DNA of 64,000 bases, from NCBI GenBank assembly GCA_036785375.1, contig JAWMAR010000406.1, positions 1,116,001 through 1,180,000 on the forward strand, in the 5' to 3' direction. The position numbers were made by a program, and so were the translations under genes. Source of the DNA: Leucoraja ocellata. Taxonomy: Eukaryota. Below, piece after piece: positions 43,701-55,700 of the stretch (position 1 is its first letter; every line of letters starts with the position of its first letter). Below the pieces are notes generated by a model, which ran no database searches, was not told where the DNA came from, and worked only from the letters and a program-made list of their open reading frames with translations.

Positions 43701-46700
43701 AATGAAAGTTAAAAAACCATTTACAGATGCATTGCTTAACCTTGGAATTGAGACCATGTGTGAGCCTATTCGTGAGTCTTTATTTCCTTCTCAACCAAAC
43801 AGATAGCAAAAATATAATGCTGTAGAATTTAAGTGAAATATTTGACACAAGCCAACTAATTTGGCCCGCTATTACTTGTGTGCAAAGTCCTTTGGTGGGA
43901 GGGCTCCTTTTAAAATTTCCAGGATTTTCTGCAAGAATGGATTAATTTCCACTCTTACAGCCACCACGAGTAGACCCAAGGCTTGGAATGCAGCAGCACG
44001 CTCTTTTTCTTTCTTAAGACAGCCCATTAGATGGTTTACAGAGTCATTAAGATGTTGTTCTGCAGAAGTAAGAATGTACACGAGTCAATAGTAAATATCC
44101 AAACAGCACTGTATGAAATAAAACTCATCTTACATTAAAATAAAACAATTGTTTTAATGAATATGTTATTTATATTCACTAAGTGAATATTATGTTTTAA
44201 AAGATAATACTCCCCTCGCTTTTCGAGTTTCATTAACCATTAGCAAGTCATGGATACAGAATTAACTCTTCCAAATTAACCACCAAGAAATATAGAATAA
44301 CTGTTCAAATCAAACTGTTCTCGGATTTGTATCTCTTCCCCAGTATACACTTCCCTATCTTGACAGAAAGGAGTTACTCGCATTGGACACATTACATTCT
44401 AGCTTCAACATCAGTGAAGCATATTCCTACAATTGTGTAGCACAGGGTTAAACCAGACTACTTGTCGAGACTAACTGAAAGAGTTTCTGGTTAGTATCAT
44501 TCGCCTGCTCTTCCTCTCTTGCCTTTCAATTGATTTCATTTTAAACAGTGAATCAATTCCCTTTTGAAAGTAACCACTGGTTCTGCTTCCACTACCCCTT
44601 CAGACAAGACATTCCAAAATAGAAAACTTTCATCCATGCCGACCTAGTCACTAACCTAGCAAGACCCATTGGCCTATACTTGGCCCATATCTTTCCAAAT
44701 CCTTCCTATCCTGTCCCTGTACCTTTCCATGACATTTAAATATCGTAATTCTACCTTCCTCTACCACTTCCTCTGGCAGCTTGTTCCACATATGCAACAC
44801 GCTCTGAGCGATAATTGCCCCTCAGATCTTTTTTAAATCTTTCCCGTCTCACCTTGAACCCATGTCCTCTATTTTTAGACTCTCCTATCCTGGGAAAAAG
44901 ACTGCAGCTAATCATCTTATTTACACCCCTGATGAATTTATAAATCTCTATAAGATCACCGCTCAGTCTCCTAAGCTCCAAGGAAATGAGACCCGGCCTA
45001 TCCAGTCTCTTTACAACTCAAATCCTCCAAACCCACTATAACATCCTTTTAACTTTTTCAGTTTGATGATATCCTTCATGTAGCTGGGCAACCAGGACGT
45101 ACACGGCATTCCAAACGTGGCTGAACCAACGTCTTGCTTGTAAATGCAACTGTGTTACCAACTCCTGTGCTCAATGTCTTTGCCGATGAAGGCAAGCACG
45201 CCAAACACCTTCTTCACAACCTATGTCACTACTTTCATGGAACTATGCAGCGGCACCCCAAGATCTCTCTGTTGTACAACACTGCCCGGCATCCTCCCAT
45301 TTATTATGCAAACCCTGCAAAAATACAACAGCTCAGTTATCTGAATTAAACTCCATCTGCCATTCCTTGGCCCATTGAGCCAGTTGATCAAGATCTCGTT
45401 GTAATCTTAGTTAACCATCTTCACTGTTCACTACATAAATGCAAGTTGTTGTTGGTGTTATTATTGATTATAGGTTTACAATGAAAGTCTAAAGATTACC
45501 TCATTGAGGTAATGATTAAGGAATGAATGGCATCAACTCCAAGTGCTCTGCCAACACTATAAAGAAAGATTCAAGCTGGAGATCAAGTATGGGCAGTTGT
45601 AGCAACAGATGGTGTTACATTCTGATATGACCAACAAGTGACCCTATCTTTTTCTTTCAAGTTCCAACATTTCCAGCACTTTCACTAATACCATATACAG
45701 AAGATCTATGCCCAAAGTAACATGCAAAATATTGGAACAACTATCAATTTCACCTGGCTCACCTGTAAACAAGTGGGGCTGGAAAGCGGCAAGGCGAGGA
45801 ATCAAGTTTAAGATTGCCATTTGAATGAGTGGATTTTTACTACTGCGATATTTCAGCACCCATCGAGTCACCTGCACAAAGATCATAGAACATGTAAAAT
45901 TCATCCACTAGATCTGAAGTTCAATTTATGCATAACCACATCTTCTGCTGATATTGGCTAAGTTGAAATCAAGACAAGGTACAGAATACAATGAATGTTA
46001 TGAAAACTCATGACCAGATTCAATTCTCAAACTTTAGCACCAAACAAGACAGATTGTGTGTGGATGAGGTCTGAAAGCATCTCAATGGAATAGTCAAGCA
46101 TTGGCTCTGGTAGTCAAATGTTTGTAAAGTGGTAAGAAATCAGAGAATAAAAAAAGCAAATTGGAATAACGTTGCTCGCCTACACATGCAATGCAAAGCT
46201 TATTGCATCTTAACATATAATCAACCTCAATTAGCAAATGCAGAATAATGAGATTAATAATGAAATTAATAAACATTAAACTCGGAATTTGTCCTATTTT
46301 TGATCTCACGTTGGTTTAAAATGGTCCACTAAAGCACAGCAAAACAATTTAAAAAATGTTGAAAACCTTTCCTATAATTACACATGTCCTACATGCCCTG
46401 ACTAGCATCTCAAGACCTCAACTTTTGAACCTGAGACACGAGTAGAATTGAAAGGCGGCACCCAGGGAATTAAAATTAAGGTTATGTATTACTAATAACA
46501 AATATGGGGTTGTTGCAATATCCAACCCCAAGAACATTTGTCAATTCTATCAAGGTTTCAAGGTCAAAGTTAGTTTATTGTCACATTACCAATTAAGGTA
46601 CAGTGAGATTTGATTTACCAAACAGCCATAGTTTAAAAAAAAAAGCCACAAGACACATAACTACATAAAAGTTAACATAAACATCCACCATAGCGGATTC

Positions 46701-49700
46701 CCACATTCCTCACTGTGATGGAAGGTAATAAAGTCTAATCTTCTTCCTGTTTTTCAAAATTTACTGATTTTTAGTTTCTAAAACTATTTATTTTAAAACC
46801 AAAATTCAAGTGTGTCGACTTTAAAAGTAACAAATACAAAATTCAGATACTACTGACAGAGATAAATTACATTTTAGGACCCGAATGATGAAGGAAGCCG
46901 ACTGAACAGTAACTTTTCAAACAAAATTGAGTAAATATTTGAAAGAAAATAAACTACAGGAATTTGGGGAAACCACAAAGGAGTACGGCTAATTGGATAC
47001 ATTTCTCAAATAAATGCTACAAGGAAAATGAGTTATGAGCCTGTCCCACTTAGGCGACATTTAGGTGACTGCAGGAGACTATGCAGTCGCCACATGTTCG
47101 TGGGTGGTTGACAGGGAGTCGCCTTCATGGTCCTGAGGAGTTCCCACATTCTGGGAACTTGTCGCAGCCTCATTAGGGTCGCCGCGAATATTTCAACATG
47201 TTGAAAAATTAGCGGCGACTAGAATGAATCCGCCATGGAGAGTAGCGAGAAGTCTCGTGCCGTAGGTGGGTTGCCAGGAGGTTCTAGTGGGTTGTAGCCG
47301 GTGCTGACCGGTGAATTTCATTGGCATATTGGGGGAAAAAAACATAAGTGGCAGTTTTCAGAACCAAGGATAACCGACTGGTAATGTTAAATGTCCGCCA
47401 AACTTCACAGCCGTATATCACTGGCTTCTTAAAAGTTGTCTGGCTTCTTTAAAGTTGGCTCCACTCCTTCTCCCCCCTTCTCCTCCCCTCTTTTAAAGGA
47501 CTTACCCTGTTCATCGCAGTGTGTCTGTATCACCTTGGCTTTGCACCATGTGAATTTCAGACAGCGCTCCCCCAGGTATTGGTGGTGGGGGGGGGGGGGG
47601 GATAGGGGGGGGGGGGGGGGGGGGGGGGGTGCGCGTGTGAGTGTGCGTCCTAAGTGGGACAGGCCCATTAACTGTCCTTCAGTCTTCTTAGTCGGTACCT
47701 ATGAACACTACTAGCAACCTAGCAGGTACACTGGACAAAACCAAAAGTGCCATCAAGACTGCAAAATAACTGACTAAGTTAGTATGGGTCTATACGAAAT
47801 TTGTTGCACTGAGATTACAGTCACATAACAGACAATGTCAATAATACACAATAGAAGCTAATATTTACCTGTTCAAATCGCACTTCCATATGCTCACGGC
47901 AGTATCGACTTTCCACCAAGGTTGGCTTGGTGGGAGCAGGAGTAGTTCCAAACACCGAGATGCTTTGGGGTGTGTTATACCCCAGAAGCCCGAGAAGTGC
48001 ATTTGATTGTTGGGGTTGCACAGACTGAAAACTTGTGAAGGATGTAATATGCCGGGGCTTAGCTCCAAATCCCATCAGATCCTTGCAGTATTTATCATGT
48101 ACTAACTGCTGCTGAGTGATTTCCTCCATCTCCTCTCGCAAGCGCTTTGAACAAAGAAATAAAATCAATAAATTAAGAGAGAAAGAGGCAAAGTTTCTTT
48201 CAACGTGGAAACAACCTGTTTTTACTCTGAAGTTCAAACGAAGCAAATGAGAAACATCTTAAATGGGTTACGACCGATCCAGCTATTTATCCCCGCTAAG
48301 GCCACAATCTTTATTAATGACAGAGATGCAAGAAGCAAAATTGCCCTTGCTCCCATTTCTTATATTAGGTGATCCTTCGGAACCAGAAAATGTTTTTTTT
48401 AAAGATACAAAATTAAAATAATTGTTATTGGAATCATTAAATAAAAATCATTGCTAATACTGCCAATAATATTGGAGGGTCTTCCCTCCACAGATGCTGC
48501 TTGCACTATGTTTTTTGCTCTTGGTTCCAGCATCTGCATTGTCTTGCATCTCCATTAATATTGATCCTAATATCATCTTAAATGCCCAGCAGGATAGCAA
48601 GCATTATCAATGTTCGGGTGTCTGGGGTTATGGGGAGAAGACAGGAGAATGGGGTTAGGAGGGAGAGATAGATCAGCCATGACTGAATGGCGGAGTAGAC
48701 TTGATGGGCCAAATGGCTAATTCTGCTCCTCTCATTTATGAACCTACGTAACATATGAGCAATGCTATGACTGTATATTTTTGATTTTGCAAATATGTCA
48801 TTAGGAATTGTTGATCTGATGGCAAACACTCACTTTCTACAATGTGGCAGAGGTAACAGTAGTTCAACCTACAAGAAGCTCTTACAAAGCACAAAAAAAC
48901 ATTTCAGAGTAAATATCCTCTCTTTCTAGCAGTACATCTGCATTAAATCACTAATCTAACCAGTAGGTCAGGACCACATAATGGATATGTATTTTTGGTT
49001 AATTACAATAAATCCTGCACATACCTCTCCCTCCATGCTGCTTATACGAATCAGTTCATTTAGAATAAGCAAAGCCCCATGTATTCGATCATCACGATTC
49101 AAGCCTTTTTCTTTAGCCATGGCCTCATCAAATCCCTTCTCAGCCTCCTCAAAGGTTTGCTAGATATAAAACATCAAAACTTGTTTAAAAACCTACGCAT
49201 CTCCAGGTTTTAAACAGTGAGCAACATCAATAGAATAAAAGTGAATTCTCACTTTACGATCAAATCTATTTTATTTTAGATCTATGCAAAATCACTAGAT
49301 CATTACTATCAAAAAATAAAGTTTCCAATTGATGCTGGAATGGTGACACCAGACATTCCCGAAGCCTGCACCATATGCATTGGAAAACTTCAGCAGCTGA
49401 GTAAAGATTTCCAGATCTGACTTTCAATTGCTTAAAGACGATTTCACATGGAGTTGAAAAAATACTTTAAAAGAGGCAGGCATCCCTGTCTCCAACACAA
49501 TTAGGGCTCAATTTTACCATCCTTTTCAATCAACAATTGATAGCTTACCGCAATCATCAAAGTTACTGGTTTGTAAGTTTTTACGACTCACTAAGAAAAC
49601 ATACCGAGCCTTCAACAATTGGTTGTGATGAAGAAAGATTCTTTCATCTTCGTACTTGCCTTGTACCACTGGGGCTTTTGCATTTCTTTGGTCTCCCTTT

Positions 49701-52700
49701 GAGTGGTGAGAATCAGACAAGCCCGTAAGGCAGCAACGGCACCTTCTCTTATGGCCTGTTTGGAATCCCAGACGGCAAAGAATATATTGTCAAAGAAAGC
49801 CTGCACTTGCTGGAAGAAGAAAGTAGGTGCGCTGACTGCCAACTCCCGCAAGATCAGAACCTAGAATTTAAAGAAAACAGAGTTTCTCGGTTACTCTTAA
49901 AAAGCTTGATGTGCAGTCTGTGCAAAAGATAATAGGTATGCTTCTGTTTTTCCCAAGAAATATAGAGGTGAGAATATTACCTTGGAATAAGATATTTTAT
50001 TCTTAGACAAATAGTTTCACATTATTTCATTGGACACTTCATAAAAGTAAATCTTGTTTCTTTGTAAATTAACAAAAAAAAAATCACAAAAAAAATATCA
50101 TGGTACAGTTTAGAAACAGCTTGGGAATATTTGCAACAGTTAGGGCGCAATTTTGTAAAATGGAACACGTTATTTGAAGAAACAAATAATTCCGTAATGA
50201 CAATCTACCCAACCTCAGACTTGCGTCTCTTTGAATTTTACTGTAGGATATATAGACTATATATACGCTGTTCTGCTATAAGCCCATACTGTATAATTCT
50301 ACTATTCATGGAAAATATGTGCAGTAGGCCATTCGGCCCTTCAAGCCAGCACCGCCATTCAATATGATCATGGCTGATCATCCAAAATCAGTACCCCGTT
50401 CCTGCTTTCCCCCTATATCCCTTGATTCAATTAGCCCCAAGAGATATATCTAACTCCTAAGAAATATAACTAACTCTTGTTCCCTTGGATCATTCAAAAT
50501 TCCTATGATCGATATAAAGAAATTGCATCAACAATCTTTTTTGTATTTATCCATGAGGTGAATTAATCATCTAATCAAACATAAGTTAATTCAGGGATCT
50601 ATGCAAAACTAGGCCATCTTAGTTGGTGAGTTTGCTAATCTTAACACCGTCATAGTTGATTCTACAGGGGGAGGACAGGTGTGGAATGCTGACAAATAAA
50701 TCAATTAAGCTTTTTGGAGCCAGAATGTCACCAATCCCATGGCATGATTCAGGTCATTAGATAAATTCAGGATTGAACGCTTTCATGGCTAATATATACT
50801 ATCTAAACTCAACCGTCAAAAATAATGTACAGAAACATGGAATCCAGAAACTGTCAGAGCCGATAAAACAATATCTCAATGTACATCACTATCTTCAGGA
50901 GAAAAGTAGGAAGTCTGGAGCTAAAAGAAAAAAACCCTTCAAAATGAATAATTCATGCTTTAAAAGTGAGGCCAAAGGGCATTACACAACATTAGCATAG
51001 ATAAGTTCATGACAAACTCAGCTCTGAAAGAGTATATTCTAAATACTTGACTCATGTGTATAAGGGGCCATCTTATGAGCAAGACATTACATTGAAATGA
51101 GCCTGTTCTAATGGGTTAAATGTTACATGATTTGCTTTGGCGCTTTAAGAAATAGAATTTTCCTTGTGTTCAACTTTTCTTGGTCAGTAAAAGTACTGAA
51201 AAATGTTTTAATTGTTTGCTTAAAAAATGGAAATCTGTAATATAAATAGAGTGCCAAAAACACTCAGCAAGTTGGTCAATATCTGTGTCGGCAAGTAACT
51301 GAGATCTATCCGAGATCTGAAATTAACTAAGGACTGTACTAATCCTAGCTAATTAACCTACCAATGCAACCTTTGCAATCTCAGCCCACAGGGATCTCAG
51401 TTGACAGCATCTCCAACTTACAGAAACTTTGGGTCACGGGCAGTTCTCGAAACTCTCATGTAATCTGCAGAGTGTCTATACATTAAAAAGAATAGATGTC
51501 CTGTTCAGAATTTCAGTGATTCAGATTTTCTGTGGTTTGGCATCTGTCAAATCCATAGAGTAGACACAAAATGCTGGAGTAACTCAGCGGGACAGGCAGC
51601 TTCTCTGGAGAAGAAATGGGTAAGGTTTCGAGTCCCTAGAGTGTCAGTCTAGAGAATTTCAAGTTATAATTAATTGTATGTGACGCACTCGGATATTTCT
51701 GTCTGTTTCTATATTAATGCATGCCACGTTTTGGAAACTGGGCGTATATGACGTAAAAAATAAAGAAAACATCTCTTAACCAAACTAGCATATTAAAACC
51801 ATGTAAGTTAATTAAAAAGGACAGCTTTGTGCAATAATCCTGAATGGAAATAACTTGTTCTGAAATACCCTGGGGTGACGCATTTTACAAACAAGTATCT
51901 TTTGGAAAATGTTGTTGACAATCGATAAAATGGTATGCTGATTTTGTGCTAACCAAGAGGACTATTGTACAAGAAAACTCTAATTTGCTGTGATAATTAG
52001 TAAAATCTTCCTTATTGTTAACCCTATTGAATCACATGCTCGTTGCAATTAGAATGCACCAAATGGGAGACAACCGGCTTCCTTGAACGTAAGGAAATGT
52101 TTAAAAAACATGAAAGGGTCAGCTTCCATCAACACCTTCTTGTAGTCAGCTAAATAAATAGAAATAGACCAACTACCTCTAAACCAAAGTAGTATTAGAA
52201 TGGACAAGAGGTATTGCAAGTTGCCAAACTAGCTTTTACACAAGAAGCAGATTTACCAATAGGTTCCTGTTTTGTTTCTGCAATCCCCCACCCACCCGGA
52301 GAAGTTGAATCACACAATTTTAATGCTTCCACCCTTTTGTAACTTTCACGTTGGTAAAACCAGTTGAAGGCAGCAATTACCGCAGCGTGACGCTTTCCTT
52401 CATTGCGGTCTGCTCCCAGCCATTCCAGAGCACGTTTGACTTCAAACTCCACGTACTCAGCTGTGAAGGTATCACCAGCCATAGAAAGGCAGCCCATGGC
52501 TTTTGAAGCCATTTCCATTACAACTGGGTCACTGGATGGAAATAGGTTCCGTAGGTAATTGGCAAACCGTGTAATTCGGGTCGCACTTCCTCCTTCAACC
52601 CCAATGAGACTTACTGCATTTGGATTAAAAAACAATTTCACACTTCAGATAACAGGGAAAAATGACTGATTATCACAGTAAGCAAACTAAAAAAGTTGAG

Positions 52701-55700
52701 AATAATATTTGTAGCTACAATCATAAATAGATATCCTATCAGCATATTTAGAAATATTCAGACATATTAGCTTCAAAATACATTTTCTGTGATTATCCAT
52801 TCAAAAGAAAATAACCGTGCATTCATACATAATATAAAATTCCTCGTTTTTCAATCCATTCTAAGCTTTTTGACAGTACCTCAAGATTAAAATAGGTACA
52901 CAAACTAAAATAAAGCAGATAATCTGCTATCCAACAATTAAGAAAGGCTGGTACACAAAAAAGCTGGAGAAACTCAGCGGGTGCAGCAGCATCTATGGAG
53001 CGAAGGAAATAGGCAACGTTTCGGGCCGAAACCCTTCTTCAGACTTAATTAAGAAAGGCTGATGGCTCAGCAACTGGTTCACCATGCAATCATTGTTCCC
53101 TTTCAACTCACTGGGGCCTCTGTTCCCCAGCGCCCCTTCAATTTACCAGGGCCTATGTTTCCCTGCTCCCTTTAAACTCACAAGGGCCCCATTTCTAATG
53201 TTTCCTTTAAACTGTCAAGGGCCCCATGTCAGCTAATCGGGTTTAAGATAATAGAGTTCACTGCAAAATGTATTATATTACCGCATAAGATCTAAAAAAA
53301 ATGTGCATTAAATGTGTGTTCAGGTATTAGAAGGATTAACGTCCACTGGTCCCCAAAATCTGTCGGGTTGGTGCCACCAAAGTGTGCCAGATTATCAGAA
53401 TTCTATGGTGCTTTCCAAGGAAACAAAAAGACAATGCTACAAATTGCTCATTTCCCTGTAGTTATTAACTTTAAAAATTATTCTTCACAACGCACTAATT
53501 AGAGCGAATACCATCCCACCACAGGATACCCTGGAGTGTGTTAAAATGTGACACGACAAACTCTCGCATAGATTTTAAACACAGACAGAAATTTTACAAC
53601 ATAGTTTTTATTTTCACTTGTACCAAACCAACATACCAATTGCCAGGATACCTCCCTTCCTCTCATTCACATCGGAACTGGAAACCAGTTCAAAAATGTG
53701 ATGGTTCAATTCATCATAGAATGAGGTGACTTCCTCTTGGTTAACCTAAATAGGCACATATTAGAAGTTAAAACATTGTAAACCTGTGCATGTCATTTTG
53801 ATTAGCATTAAAACGTTTCTTAAATCCTCGCATATAATTCATCACAAGATACCAGTTGATGCAAAGAATTTAAGGCCGACCAGCTGGCACTATACGTTTA
53901 GTTATTATCTCACTGTTTAATTGTTTACCCAGGAATGAGATAGGATCGTGGGAGATTAAAAAATACAAGATAGCAGATTGGTCACTGGCAAACACTGGGA
54001 GGACTGAGGAGCCCCGAAATATTTTATAGCCATCGTTTCTCAAAAAGGGATCCAATACAAGTCCATGTGAAAGAATTTTCATTCACTCTAAACATGTGTT
54101 TTCTAAGAAAAAGAAACTTGGACTGGACACTGCCTGACTTTGCTGGCAGCTCTGCATGGAAATGATGGCAATTCTCAGCATAAATACAGGGAAGCTTCAG
54201 GACAACTGCATGCATGGCAAATATACAGGTGTCCCCAGTGATTTCAAAGCTGCAAGCAGTTCTTGTATTCCCAAGAGAATCCAACGGCAGATAAGATTTG
54301 TGTAGGAAGGAACTGCGGATTCTGGTTTACACTGAAGATAGACACAAGAAGTCGGGGTAACTCAGCAGGTCAGGCAGCAACTCTGGAGAAAAGGAATAGG
54401 TTTATGTTTCGGGTCGAGAAAGGTCTGTCGAAGGGCCTTGACCGAAATAACACATGTTCCTTTTCTCCGGAGATGCTGCCTGACCTCCGAGTTAGTCCAG
54501 CTTTTTGTGTCTATCTTCGGCAGATAAGAGAAGCTGAGATACTCAACAATAAGGTGGGGAATGGGCTCTTGTGACCTTAAGCAGGATCCATACGCCCATT
54601 CACTACAACTAACATTAGGCTCCAAATAAAGTAGGCGATAGACACATAACCTCAATTATTTATGATTTTAATTATTTAAAAGGCTTATATTTTGTCAATT
54701 TTTACTTTTTCAGCAAAAAAGACTAGAACAAAGCGAAAAAAATTGAATAATTTAATACACTTCCGTCAGGTCACCCCGAGGTGCATAACATTTTGAGAGG
54801 CACAGTCCTTTCCTCAGGGCGGAAATGTCAAGTACTGGAGGGCATGGGTGGAAATGACAATTACTGAAGGACATAGGTTTAAGGCGAGAGGGGGCAGTTT
54901 AAAGGATATTTATAAGGCAAGTGTTTCTTTTCCGCAGAGAGTGGTAGGCACCTGGAATGTGCTGCCAGGGAAGGTGGTAGAAACCGATATGATAGAAATA
55001 TTTAAAAGGCATTTCGACAGACACGTGGAAATAGAGGCATGTGGACTACGTGCAGACAGATGGGGTGGATTAGATTGGTGCCACGGTCGGAACAGACATA
55101 AAGTGCCCGCCTGTATTGTTCTATGTTCTAAGTTGACAATCATTTATTTTATTCATATTAATTTTACAGTGCTTCTGGACGTCACAAACATTGCCCCAGG
55201 GAGAATTGAGAAACAGAGGAAACTTTGCATACAAGTCCAAGGATCCTCGAAGGAGGCTTCACAAGTATATTGGATGATGAAAAAAAGTATGTGGGATAAC
55301 TCACCTACATTAGCCAGGATAGAGAATGAGAGCAGAGAAGTTATGGTCAAACTTTATAAAACATTAGCAAAGCCACATTTGGAATACTAAGTGCCGTTCT
55401 GGACCCATAAGAATGATTACACTCGAGAGGATGCAAAGTGGATTCACCAGGATGTTGTCTGGGATAGAGTGACTCAGTTAAGAGGAGAGACTATGCAATT
55501 TAATGACCTTGACAGCTTTAAAAGTTGGCAAAGCTGGGGTAGAGCTTTACCGGTTGTCAAATATACAGTGAGGTGTCAAGGGCATCAGAGAACCTTGGTC
55601 AAGGTCAGGCCACTGATTTGGGCCTTGACACCTTATTACAGGACTTTTGTGGCCATTTTGATCTTCCAGAACTGGAGTAATTGACCCCGGGAAATGGGGA

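Noticed and set aside
53098-53230. Regularly spaced repeats as a CRISPR-like array
   Set aside because: Degenerate tandem units without unique spacers, in a vertebrate intron with no cas genes.
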